Shown one piece after another: positions 36,367-45,291 of a stretch of DNA of 64,000 nucleotides. Source of the DNA: an uncultured Litoreibacter sp. (GTDB taxonomy: Bacteria > Pseudomonadota > Alphaproteobacteria > Rhodobacterales > Rhodobacteraceae); assembly GCA_947492995.1 (NCBI GenBank), contig CANLOU010000007.1, positions 6,900-70,899 on the forward strand. The letters run 5' to 3'. The position numbers were made by a program, and so were the translations under genes. The number at the start of each line of letters is the position of its first letter. The stretch's first letter is position 1. Under the pieces are notes generated by a model. It saw nothing but the letters and a program-made list of their open reading frames with translations, was not told the DNA's origin and searched no databases.

Positions 36367-36783
36367 ATCACAAGTCTCATTCAGATCGTTTATGCGTCAC
36401 AGCCGTTTGGATACAATGAGCCGACACTGGCAGGCATTTTGCTCGATGCCAGACGCTGTAATAAGCGGGATGACGTGACCGGTGCGCTTGTTTGTAGACA
36501 TGACATCTACCTTCAACTGCTGGAAGGTCCGGAAGATGCAGTGCGCGCAGCCTATGCTCGGATTTGTCGCGATGACCGTCATGCTGGGATCAAAGAACTC
36601 GTTAACCACAAGATACAAAGTCGCTTGTTTGCAAGTTGGGCAATGCTTCATGATCCTGCAAAGACATGGATTTGGACGGAAGAAGAAATCGCGAATGCGG
36701 CACTTGATCGCGCGGAGCCGACAGAAATCATAAAAGTATTCAAAGACCTATCGGATCGGTCCGAGAAACCGGCTGCGCATTGA
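36367..36783 (+). CDS. BLUF (blue-light FAD sensor) domain protein, probable non-canonical ATC start
   Basis: The frame is open from the TAG at 36325. The BLUF beta-1 strand LIQIVYASQP lies upstream of the first canonical start (TTG at 36439). AGGGAG at 36354-36359 sits 7 nt before ATC at 36367. Conserved Y (IVYAS), Q (YLQLLEG) and W/M (SWAM) are present. Confidence 0.65.
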   Translation: MTSLIQIVYASQPFGYNEPTLAGILLDARRCNKRDDVTGALVCRHDIYLQLLEGPEDAVRAAYARICRDDRHAGIKELVNHKIQSRLFASWAMLHDPAKTWIWTEEEIANAALDRAEPTEIIKVFKDLSDRSEKPAAH

Positions 36784-36829
36784 TGCAACCCCTTCGCGCA
36801 GCAATGCATACGCGATCCACGATTTGTAA

Positions 36830-37393
36830 ATGGTGGGCGGAATGATGGCTGTGTACTCAGTGCCCGATGCGTTTACCACGCGAGAATGCGATCACATCGT
36901 TGCGGCAATTGCCAACGTCCCCACCAATGACGCGCTGCTTGTGGGCCGCAGTCGGGATCACAATCTGCGTCATGCGGAGCTCGTTTGGATGGACGATGTC
37001 GGAGACCTGAGCTGGGTTATGACCCGGTTGATTGAGCTTGTCAGTCATTCCAACAAGCAAAAGTTTGATTTCGATGTGCGCGAATTTGCGGAAAGCCCGC
37101 AAGTAGCCAAATATGATGCAACCAAAGGTGGCCATTTTGCCTGGCATTCTGACATTGGTCATAGTCTTGCCGCCGGCAAAAGAAAGCTCACGCTTGTGCT
37201 ACAATTGAGCAATCCGGACACCTACGACGGGGGTGACTTGGAGATCAGGCCAAGTGCTCAAATCCAAATGGCCAATCGGGCGCAAGGATCTGTAAGTGTG
37301 TTTCCGAGCTTTCTACTGCATCAAGTAACGCCGATTAAGCGGGGCATTCGGCGTTCGCTGACCGTCTGGGCGCATGGTCCCGCGTTTCGCTGA
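36830..37393 (+). CDS. 2OG-Fe(II) oxygenase family protein
   Basis: 187 aa. HxD (WHSDIG), a distal His (LLHQV), Arg (RRSLTVW), and LVLQLSNPDTYDGGDLEI. Confidence 0.75.
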   Translation: MVGGMMAVYSVPDAFTTRECDHIVAAIANVPTNDALLVGRSRDHNLRHAELVWMDDVGDLSWVMTRLIELVSHSNKQKFDFDVREFAESPQVAKYDATKGGHFAWHSDIGHSLAAGKRKLTLVLQLSNPDTYDGGDLEIRPSAQIQMANRAQGSVSVFPSFLLHQVTPIKRGIRRSLTVWAHGPAFR

Positions 37394-37732
37394 AGGCGGC
37401 GAGAACAGGTAAAAATGGTAGACCCATGGACGGTGTTGGGAAAATGGTCAGGTTAGCTAGCATTGTAAATCAGGCGCTAAGCGACTACGTACACCATACA
37501 AAGTTGTGGTCTTCTTCGGCAAAGGCGCATCGCCTGCCAGAGCCAGTTGCAATTATCTATCATTAAAATTCGATTGTCGCATGCCGTGACAGGAATCTGA
37601 CGCCTATGAAGGTTGCCGATGTTGTCGCTCACGACCATGCGTCATGTGCACCCGCTATGGCGGCCTGACGGACCAGCGATTTGCGACCAAGCATAGATTG
37701 CGTGTCGTCGGTCAAACGATCTCGAAACGGCT

Positions 37733-37752
37733 CTGACAAAATGTTTTGTCAG
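37733..37752. promoter_or_regulatory. Operator-like inverted repeat
   Basis: CTGACAAAA, TG, TTTTGTCAG (perfect 9-bp arms), 45 nt upstream of the ATG at 37797. Confidence 0.35.
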
Positions 37753-37796
37753 CGCAAAAACAGCGTGGCGGCGCATTCTCCGTCAAAGGATCAAAA

Positions 37797-38150
37797 ATGA
37801 CTTTTCCTGAATGGACGAAACCCGGCATCTACGGTGCTTTGGGTGGCGCGATTGCGGTTTCTATCTTGGGCTTCTCATGGGGGGGCTGGACAACAAGCGG
37901 CAGTGCCCAAACCATGGCACAGGACTTGGCTGCTGAAGAGGTGACTTTGGCGATGGTGCCGGTCTGCCTCAATATGTCAGCGGCTGATCCGGAACGCACA
38001 GAGAAGCTCGCAACTCTTCAGGATCTCTCTAGTTTTGGCCGCCGCAATGGAATGATGGAAACGGGCTGGGCCACGCGCCCAGGTACAGATACGCCAGATC
38101 GTGACCTAGCGGCTGCTTGCCTCGCGGGGCTTGAGTTGGATGGATCATAA
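37797..38150 (+). CDS. Hypothetical membrane protein
   Basis: ATG at 37797 after AAAGGA. One TM helix (GIYGALGGAIAVSILGFSWGGW). Its end overlaps the next ORF. Confidence 0.5.
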   Translation: MTFPEWTKPGIYGALGGAIAVSILGFSWGGWTTSGSAQTMAQDLAAEEVTLAMVPVCLNMSAADPERTEKLATLQDLSSFGRRNGMMETGWATRPGTDTPDRDLAAACLAGLELDGS

Positions 38151-38196
38151 TTCGAAAGTACCGCCGCAATCGTCAGAGACAGTTTGCGGGACATCG

Positions 38197-38967
38197 ATGT
38201 TGGCGGACGCTCGACCACTTTGGGTCGTTTTCATAGGTCCAATCATTGTTCTGCTACTCCTTGCAATGCCCGCCATGGCCCAGACCATGCCACAAAACGC
38301 CAGCGCAAAGAGCTATGGCGACGGTTGGGAATGCAATGTCGGGTATCGGCTCACGGACGAAACTTGTGCAGCTATTGTGGTCCCCGAAAATGCCTATGCG
38401 ACAAACCGCACCTATGGACCCGGATGGGAATGTTATCACGGATTTCGCAAAGTTGACGGGGTGGCCTGCGTTGCAGTGATTGTCCCCGATGGTGGCTTTC
38501 TAGACCCCTCTGGCGAACGCTGGCGCTGCCTACGCGGCTTTCTCAAGGTCAACGATACCTGCCAAGAGGTCATCGTGCCTGAAAATGCCTATCTGGTGGA
38601 TGGGTCCCTTGGGTCCACGTGGGAATGTAGACGCGGGTTTGATAAGGCGGAAGACAGTTGCGCGGCAATCACGGTTCCGATCAACGGATATCTGAACGGT
38701 TCTCGCTACGGTCAGCCTTGGTCATGTGAACGTGGGTTTTTCGAACAGGACGGTCTGTGCGAGGCCGTGATCATCCCTGAGTTCGCATATTTCGACGATG
38801 CGTCTTACGGTGAGGGGTGGAAATGCCAGCGGGGATATGCCGCTTCCGGTGCAGGCTGCCAAGTAATCGAAATCCCCGCAAACGCCCATCTCGACCGGTC
38901 GGGAAACCGTTGGGAATGCGACCAAAACTTCCAGAAATCCAAGGGGCTGTGCGTTCTCAATAACTGA
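38197..38967 (+). CDS. Secreted cysteine-rich tandem-repeat protein
   Basis: Signal peptide (LWVVFIGPIIVLLLLAMPAMAQ), then 7 repeats of about 30 aa with the pattern G..W.C..GF......C..I.VPENAY (for example YGDGWECNVGYRLTDETCAAIVVPENAY). Two Cys per repeat. Confidence 0.7.
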   Translation: MLADARPLWVVFIGPIIVLLLLAMPAMAQTMPQNASAKSYGDGWECNVGYRLTDETCAAIVVPENAYATNRTYGPGWECYHGFRKVDGVACVAVIVPDGGFLDPSGERWRCLRGFLKVNDTCQEVIVPENAYLVDGSLGSTWECRRGFDKAEDSCAAITVPINGYLNGSRYGQPWSCERGFFEQDGLCEAVIIPEFAYFDDASYGEGWKCQRGYAASGAGCQVIEIPANAHLDRSGNRWECDQNFQKSKGLCVLNN

Positions 38968-39037
38968 GCGCGTCGCACCAAGACGTCCGCCTCAACACCT
39001 CGTCGAACGACAGTCTCAGCATCAAAAGGATGACAAG

Positions 39038-40228
39038 ATGAAAACCGAAATCCAGACGGTAGATACCGTTCGCCGCCCCGTCAGGGGCGTTCAGGCGCCC
39101 CCCATGATACCTGACAAACAAGTACAATCCTCTTCGCTCACTCAAATCCCAACAGCGGTTGTCTACTGCGAAGGCAACTTTGCCAAAATTGACGGCAAGA
39201 CGGCCAACGGCCTCGTGCGTCATTCAGAGGCCTACAAGATCATCTCCGTCATCGACAGCGCTCGCGGTGGCGAGAACAGCGGGCAGGTTCTTGATGACGT
39301 GATCAACACCATACCAATTCTCGGAAGCCTAGATGCCGCTGTCGCCCATGCGACCTCTATGCCTGATACCTTCATCTATGGAATGGCTCCCTCAACGGGG
39401 CGACTGTCGAAAGCTGATCGTAGTGTTGTGCTGGACGCGATCGCGCGCGGCATGAACATTGTCAGTGGCCTGCATGAGTACCTCAGCGACGACACCGAAA
39501 TTGCGCAAGCGGCATCGGAACAGCAGGTTGCCATCCGCGATATCCGTAAACCCAAGCTGAGCAAAGACATGCGCTTATTCGATCGTAGCGTCGCAAGTGT
39601 TCATGCGCTTCGCATTGCCGTTCTGGGGACCGACTGCGCCATAGGCAAACGGACCACTGCGACGGTCTTAGCCCGTGCGTTGAACGCGAAAGGCATCAAG
39701 ACCGTGCTGGTTGGAACAGGCCAGACGGGTTTGATGCAGGGGGCAAAATATGGCGTGGCCATGGACGCCGTTCCACCCCAATTTTGTTGTGGCGAACTTG
39801 AGGGCGCAATTGTTGCGGCCTCAGAGGCCGAGCAACCCGATGTTATCTTGATCGAGGGCCAAGGCGCGTTGAGCCATCCCGCATTCTGTACATCAGCGTT
39901 CATCCTGCGCGGCAGCCAACCCGACGCGGTTATCCTTCAGCACGCCCCAAAACGCGCACATCGCTGCGATTTTCCCAACATGCCAATGCCCACACCAGCA
40001 AGCGAGATCGCTTTGATTGAGGCGTTTGCCGATACCAAGGTCATTGGTGTTACGCTCAATCATGAAGGCATGTCCGTAGCCGAGATCACTGGTACCATCG
40101 CTGCCCTAAGCGAAAAACTCGGTCTGCCTGTGACTGACGCGCTCAGCCGACCAACGGCACATTTACTTGCGATGGTTGTTGCAGCCTATCCCGGTCTGCA
40201 GCAAGGAACACCCAAGGTCGCGGTTTGA
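39038..40228 (+). CDS. DUF1611 family protein (DgcN-like putative N-acetyltransferase)
   Basis: 396 aa. AVVYCEGNFAKIDGKTANGLVRHSEAYKIISVIDS and the P-loop-like VLGTDCAIGKRTTA are typical of DUF1611. Confidence 0.7.
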   Translation: MKTEIQTVDTVRRPVRGVQAPPMIPDKQVQSSSLTQIPTAVVYCEGNFAKIDGKTANGLVRHSEAYKIISVIDSARGGENSGQVLDDVINTIPILGSLDAAVAHATSMPDTFIYGMAPSTGRLSKADRSVVLDAIARGMNIVSGLHEYLSDDTEIAQAASEQQVAIRDIRKPKLSKDMRLFDRSVASVHALRIAVLGTDCAIGKRTTATVLARALNAKGIKTVLVGTGQTGLMQGAKYGVAMDAVPPQFCCGELEGAIVAASEAEQPDVILIEGQGALSHPAFCTSAFILRGSQPDAVILQHAPKRAHRCDFPNMPMPTPASEIALIEAFADTKVIGVTLNHEGMSVAEITGTIAALSEKLGLPVTDALSRPTAHLLAMVVAAYPGLQQGTPKVAV

Positions 40229-41346
40229 GGTGCCCATGCATAGAAGTTGATCTGCGCAAGATACGCCACAACACGCAGACGATAGCTGAACGGTTGAAGA
40301 GACGTGGCATCCACGTGACCGCGGTGACCAAAGCCGTGTGTGGGCACCCGGCTATCGCGCGCGCCATGCTCGACGGCGGCGCTGCGGGCCTGGCTGAAGC
40401 GCGTTTGAGCAATGTGAAGCGGTTACGTCAGGCTGGCGTGACTTGTGCGATCACGTTGATCCGAACACCAATGCAGAGTCAGGTCGATGACGTCGTGCAA
40501 GCCTGTGAGGCGAGCTACAACACAGAGTTATCTGTGATTGCAGCGTTGGCCGCTGCTGCACGTCGGCAAAACAAGGTTCACGGCATCATCTTGATGGTCG
40601 AAATGGGTGATCGGCGTGAAGGGATCATGCCACACGACCTTGGCGACGTGGCACGGCGTGTTGTTGACATGCCCGGTGTGGCACTGAAAGGCATTGGGGC
40701 CAACTTCGCATGTCTCAGCGGGATCGCCCCGACGGCTGCAAAGATGCGGACATTGTCTGTGCTCGCGAATGATGTGGAGGGGCAGTGTGGCCCATTCATT
40801 GAGACCGTATCTGGCGGCAATTCTGCAAACCTGCCTTGGGCGTTTGGCGCGTGCACCACAGGCCGGATCAACGATCTGCGCATTGGCGAGGCCATACTAC
40901 TTGGCGTCGATCCAATCACAGGGAATCAGATTGGTGGCATGTATCGGGACGCTTTTACGCTTGTCGCCGAAGTGATCGAGACGGATGCCAAGTCTGTGCA
41001 CCCATCCATGAGCAATGCTGACCATACCTTAGCAAGAATTCGGCTTGTATCCGCCAACTTGGAAACGACGCGGATCATTCTTGCCATCGGGCATCAGGAC
41101 ACGGACGCAGCAGGGCTTTCAATGCCCCCCGGAAACACACTTATTGGTGCAACAAGTGATCATCTGGTCATTGGCACGAAAGATGCGGCGCTCTGCGTTG
41201 GATCGGAAATGCGGTTTCGGATGAACTATAGCGCATTGATGCGCGCCATGGCCGCTCCGGATATTGAGATAAATCGGCGCAATGACAGACCCGCGTCAAA
41301 CGCACACAAGGTCCATGGCCCAGGCAAACACCTGGCATTAGTTTGA
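40225..41346 (+). CDS. Alanine/ornithine racemase family PLP-dependent enzyme
   Basis: The TTG start overlaps the upstream stop (TTGA). The N-terminus IEVDLRKIRHNTQTIAERL...HVTAVTKAVCG carries the PLP-lysine context of the alanine-racemase fold. Confidence 0.8.
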   Translation: MRCPCIEVDLRKIRHNTQTIAERLKRRGIHVTAVTKAVCGHPAIARAMLDGGAAGLAEARLSNVKRLRQAGVTCAITLIRTPMQSQVDDVVQACEASYNTELSVIAALAAAARRQNKVHGIILMVEMGDRREGIMPHDLGDVARRVVDMPGVALKGIGANFACLSGIAPTAAKMRTLSVLANDVEGQCGPFIETVSGGNSANLPWAFGACTTGRINDLRIGEAILLGVDPITGNQIGGMYRDAFTLVAEVIETDAKSVHPSMSNADHTLARIRLVSANLETTRIILAIGHQDTDAAGLSMPPGNTLIGATSDHLVIGTKDAALCVGSEMRFRMNYSALMRAMAAPDIEINRRNDRPASNAHKVHGPGKHLALV

Positions 41347-41395
41347 ACAGTCCTGTTCAGACACGCCTGGATGAAATCAAAGAGGAGATTGCCAC

Positions 41396-41587
41396 TTGGC
41401 AAAGCTGACAAAAACAAGCGTATTCAAAGCGCAAGGCTCCAAAGCGGAAACACCATTGGACAAGACAACCCGTGTCGTTCGGAAAATGGTCGAAGAAGAG
41501 GCCGAGCAGCGACAAACCAAGATGAACCGTCTCCGCAACGCGCGCCTTGAACGAGAAGCCAACACTCCGATAAAACCGTCGCGCTAG
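41396..41587 (+). CDS. Small lysine/arginine-rich hypothetical protein
   Basis: TTG start with AGAGGAG 8 nt upstream. 63 aa: MAKLTKTSVFKAQGSKAETPLDKTTRVVRKMVEEEAEQRQTKMNRLRNARLEREA. Confidence 0.5.
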   Translation: MAKLTKTSVFKAQGSKAETPLDKTTRVVRKMVEEEAEQRQTKMNRLRNARLEREANTPIKPSR

Positions 41588-41691
41588 GGCATAGGGTAGC
41601 TTCAACCAGGGCGGCCGCAGTGGAACAACTTACGTTTCGTCTCCGTCTTTCAATCCAGCGGAGCAATCGGACATAATTGAAGGAACTACTC

Positions 41692-41973
41692 ATGACGCAC
41701 GCAGACGAGAGTACAACAAAAGTTCACTATATCTGTCAGACATATGTGGAACAGAAGCCCGGGCGCGACGGGCAAGCGAGCCTGAAGATTGGAAAACAGT
41801 TTCAGTATTCCACCGCAGCAGAAGCTCAGAACAGAGCAGAACGGGAAGCCCTGTCCGAGGATTGTGCCGGTGCGGATGCCTATATGATTGGTGAAGACCC
41901 TGAAAGTGGTGAGGTTGGATCACCGAGCTTTCTGGTCAGGCTTGGAAACGTCCCGGAAACGGATGACTTCTAA
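41692..41973 (+). CDS. Hypothetical protein
   Basis: ATG at 41692 after GAAGGAA. 93 aa with coding-like composition. No motif recognised. Confidence 0.5.
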   Translation: MTHADESTTKVHYICQTYVEQKPGRDGQASLKIGKQFQYSTAAEAQNRAEREALSEDCAGADAYMIGEDPESGEVGSPSFLVRLGNVPETDDF

Positions 41974-42293
41974 AACCACCCCTTTGGCAAAGTGCCTCCC
42001 AAGAGACGTACCCCACCGTGGGCCGAGTTTGTTAGAAAAGCGGCTAATGGCGAATCCGCAGGTAAGGCACCGACTGGCCTAACGCCATAAGTTTGAATGA
42101 CGGCTTTGATGATATCATCTGCATCACAGCGGCAACTATGCTGCAATTGCGAGAGAATGCTGCGTCAGCAATAGCTACAATTGCACAAGTCCGCTTCGTC
42201 CCGCGGTTCGCCCATTGAGTGAGACCGAAGCGAACGCTCAATTTGAGGCAGTAAGCGGTCATCGGCTTTATACTATGTTGGTAACCGAAATCG

Positions 42294-42599
42294 CTAACTC
42301 TCCGACAGCCCATCAATATCTGGATGATTTGGCAGTGGAGGAACCATACACCAATGACTTGGATTGACGGGTTCATGCTCGAACTGACCTGGTGCTGTCA
42401 GACGCAGAGCGTTGCTGAATATTTCAATAGCCCAAGTCTCTTCATCATCATCCCAAAATAATTTGCCGAAGTGGTCAGTTGTGAACTTTCCGGAGAGGCC
42501 CTGAATTCGAAAGTATCCCACGACTCGGTCGGTGTGCAGTTCCGCTTCGGTTGGCGGGCGATCTTCGAACTTGATCCATGAGGTTGCAGGGTCTGTCAT
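42294..42599 (-). CDS. Hypothetical protein (last gene of the T4SS operon)
   Basis: 101-aa ORF that starts 3 nt after the virB6-like stop. Acidic and Trp-rich. Confidence 0.5.
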   Translation of the reverse strand: MTDPATSWIKFEDRPPTEAELHTDRVVGYFRIQGLSGKFTTDHFGKLFWDDDEETWAIEIFSNALRLTAPGQFEHEPVNPSHWCMVPPLPNHPDIDGLSES

Positions 42600-42601
42600 A
42601 C

Positions 42602-43678
42602 TTATCTACGTCCCAATCTGCCTAACCGTGCGAGTTGCGCCAACATCTGCGATCCGGTCCCGGTCGATGGATTGCCCCCTGCGGATGTCACATTGGCCAT
42701 CCCCGGCCGTTGAGGCATTTGTTGCACCGCAAACATCTGCCGCGCTCTGAGTGCGGCGTATTCGGCCCCACTGGCACTCCCAACGAGATAGCGATTGTAC
42801 GCTTGCTGATTTCCCATGGCCGCGCGTGCAAATCCATAGCTTCCGCCCAAGCCGCCAGACAAGGCTGGCATCATGATGTTTCCGGAAATCGCCCGCACGA
42901 TGAACGGTGTCGCGATGATGAACCCTTTGGCCATCAACACCATCATAAAGAACGGGATAAGGGCCCCAATGTTCGTCGCCCCCTCAGGATCGCCAAGCTC
43001 TCCGATCAGTGCAGACGACACGCCAGTGATCGTTGCGAACACACCAGCCACGACAATCGGATAGATTGCAAAGGAAACCAGCGCCGAAAGCCACCGCGCA
43101 AAGTAGTCTTTGGTCACGTCAAAAAGCGTCAGGAAAATCATCACCGGCGCAATCCCGATCAGCAGGGCGATCATTAAGCGGGATGCGACCAAGATGAAGG
43201 CAGCTAAGCCGCCCAAAATCGACAGCATGAGCACGCCCACAATGTCGAGCATGGCCCCCGCCATCCAGTTGAGCTCTGACCCCGCAGCATTGAGATACTC
43301 GCCTAGCTCGGCAATCAGCCTGTCAAATTCCTCCGCGAAGGTCCCAGACGGGCCGGGCACGCCGCCGCCCACAGACGCGACGAGCGCCCCGGCAATACTG
43401 TCGATCCCCGCAAGGATGGCTCCCGAGAGCGCGTTGAACTGCACCCAATTGGTCGCAAATATCCCGATGAGCCCGATCTTGACTGCAAGCCAGAACGCCG
43501 TTCTTCCGTCCATCGCTTTGTATTGGTAGATCATGTTCAGGAAGACGAAGATGACGACAACCGTAGTTCCAAGGACGAGTAGCGTCCCCACCGTTGCAGC
43601 AACAGACCCGAACTGAGTTTCGGCGGCCGTGTCGAGATAGCCTTGGGAGGTTTCAACGAAGTAGGTGACAACGCTCAT
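42602..43678 (-). CDS. virB6: VirB6/TrbL family T4SS inner-membrane protein
   Basis: 358 aa, polytopic (at least 6 hydrophobic helices), with a Gly/Ser-rich C-terminal tail. Located in the T4SS cluster. Confidence 0.75.
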   Translation of the reverse strand: MSVVTYFVETSQGYLDTAAETQFGSVAATVGTLLVLGTTVVVIFVFLNMIYQYKAMDGRTAFWLAVKIGLIGIFATNWVQFNALSGAILAGIDSIAGALVASVGGGVPGPSGTFAEEFDRLIAELGEYLNAAGSELNWMAGAMLDIVGVLMLSILGGLAAFILVASRLMIALLIGIAPVMIFLTLFDVTKDYFARWLSALVSFAIYPIVVAGVFATITGVSSALIGELGDPEGATNIGALIPFFMMVLMAKGFIIATPFIVRAISGNIMMPALSGGLGGSYGFARAAMGNQQAYNRYLVGSASGAEYAALRARQMFAVQQMPQRPGMANVTSAGGNPSTGTGSQMLAQLARLGRLGRR

Positions 43679-43690
43679 TTCAGGAGTTCC

Positions 43691-44104
43691 CTACCAATTG
43701 CCTGCGGCTTCGCAGATCGCTTGGGCTTGAGATCGAAGTTCATTTGCACGACGGTTATAAAGATCCGAGGCTTGCAGCATGTCTGAACGGTCCGCATCGG
43801 AGTGGTTTTCTTGGAAGGTGTCTTCGGCTGAATCCCAAGTTGGGAAGCGCGTGGCGCAGTCGCAGGATCCTGTCTCTACGATCCGCTCCATGTTCTGTGC
43901 TCGGTAGATGTCCTGAACCAAGACACGCTGGTAGGCGTCTCGCAGTGCGATGTTTTCCATCCAAGCGGGCTCGTTTGGGCGTTCGGTGCAAACATCCGGA
44001 CTGCTCTCGAGGCTGGGGATCAGATTGCGTTCCGCCAGCAAGGGCGGTGCAATCAGGCCCAGAACAATCGTGAGACAAGTGAGGCGGACAATACGATGCA
44101 TCAC
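43691..44104 (-). CDS. Secreted hypothetical protein
   Basis: 137 aa with a signal peptide (MMHRIVRLTCLTIVLGLIAPPLLA) and four further Cys. Its start overlaps the stop of the DUF4177 gene. Confidence 0.55.
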   Translation of the reverse strand: MMHRIVRLTCLTIVLGLIAPPLLAERNLIPSLESSPDVCTERPNEPAWMENIALRDAYQRVLVQDIYRAQNMERIVETGSCDCATRFPTWDSAEDTFQENHSDADRSDMLQASDLYNRRANELRSQAQAICEAAGNW

Positions 44105-44304
44105 CCTTTGCCTCCAAAATCGGCGCCTTCGGAGGTTTCACGTTTCAGGAAAGCCGTGTGCCCGATACTGGCAAATTCGGACGAGCTGATTGAGACCACC
44201 TCCCAACCGACCTGGCCCTTCGCATTCAGCGCGGCCTGCATCTCGATCAGGCTGTTTTTGCGATCCATCGGGAACGACAGGATTTCGTATTCATAGGTTG
44301 TCAT
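44101..44304 (-). CDS. DUF4177-like small protein
   Basis: 67 aa. YEYEILSF...LNAKGQVGWEVVSI...AFLKRE fits the DUF4177 pattern (YEYK...LN..G..GWELV...FKR). Overlaps the virB11 stop. Confidence 0.6.
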   Translation of the reverse strand: MTTYEYEILSFPMDRKNSLIEMQAALNAKGQVGWEVVSISSSEFASIGHTAFLKRETSEGADFGGKG

Positions 44305-45287
44305 GCTATCGTTCCAATCTGTTCCATGCCGGGGAGGTAGAATTCGGTGATGCCGCGCGCGCCGTTATGACGCCCGGTTTGGATAATCACGTCGATAGAG
44401 TTTTCGATGTATCGAACCATGTCCGCATAGGTCATCGGGATCTCCGTCTTGAGGGCGGCGATCGCCAATCGCTGCACCGCCAATTGCGGGGTTTCGGCAT
44501 GTAGCGTGGTCATTGATCCGCCGTGACCCGTATTGATGGCTTCCAAAAAGGTCATGGCCTCTTTCCCGCGCACCTCGCCGAGGATGATCCGGTCCGGCCG
44601 CATGCGCAGCGTCGCGGTGAGAAGAACATCTGCGGTTTGGAATGCTGTATCGCGGTTGGCGATAAGAGTGACCGCGTTTGGTTGAGCGGGCAGAAGCTCG
44701 GCGGCCTCCTCGATCGTTATGATCCGCTCCTCAGCGCCGACATGAGAGAGGATTTTGCGGGCGGCCACGGTTTTGCCTGTCGACGTACCACCCGAGACGA
44801 TCATGTTGAGCCGGTTCGCAACGCAAAAGGCCAGTGCATCGTCGATCACGCCGGATGCCACGACTGCGCGCAATTCTTGGGTCTTCTCCTGCCGCATCTC
44901 TTCAAGCTTGCGTTCCTTGCCAAACAGAAACGACAGTTCGATGTTTTCGAGGGAAAGGCTTGAGAAGAACCGCAAGCTAATCGACATGGCCGATATTACG
45001 GCAGGCGGCGTGATGACCTGCGCGCGGATTGGGCGATCTTTGTAGGCAATCGAGACCGATACAATAGGCCTGTCCTTGCTCATAGTGGTATTTGCGCTGG
45101 ACGCAATCTGATTGCCAAGGTCTTTGACCTCCGTTTCAGTCAGCGATTGATCCAGAAGACGCATGAAGTGATCGCCCTGGAATTCACCCCAGCAGGTGCC
45201 GTCCGGATTGATACAAATCTCGATGACATCGTCGCGGGACGCGGCGTCCAGCTTATCAAGTGAGGTTTGAAGATAACTCAGCGACAT
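44301..45287 (-). CDS. virB11: VirB11 family T4SS ATPase
   Basis: ATG at 45287, 4 nt after the virB10 stop. Walker A SGGTSTGKTV, plus ILGEVRGKEA and TGHGGSMTTLHA. Confidence 0.9.
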   Translation of the reverse strand: MSLSYLQTSLDKLDAASRDDVIEICINPDGTCWGEFQGDHFMRLLDQSLTETEVKDLGNQIASSANTTMSKDRPIVSVSIAYKDRPIRAQVITPPAVISAMSISLRFFSSLSLENIELSFLFGKERKLEEMRQEKTQELRAVVASGVIDDALAFCVANRLNMIVSGGTSTGKTVAARKILSHVGAEERIITIEEAAELLPAQPNAVTLIANRDTAFQTADVLLTATLRMRPDRIILGEVRGKEAMTFLEAINTGHGGSMTTLHAETPQLAVQRLAIAALKTEIPMTYADMVRYIENSIDVIIQTGRHNGARGITEFYLPGMEQIGTIA

Positions 45288-45291
45288 AGGA

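Noticed and set aside
42044-42376. 110-aa minus-strand ORF downstream of the T4SS operon
   Set aside because: It overlaps the better-supported 42294-42599 ORF in another frame and has no RBS or motif.
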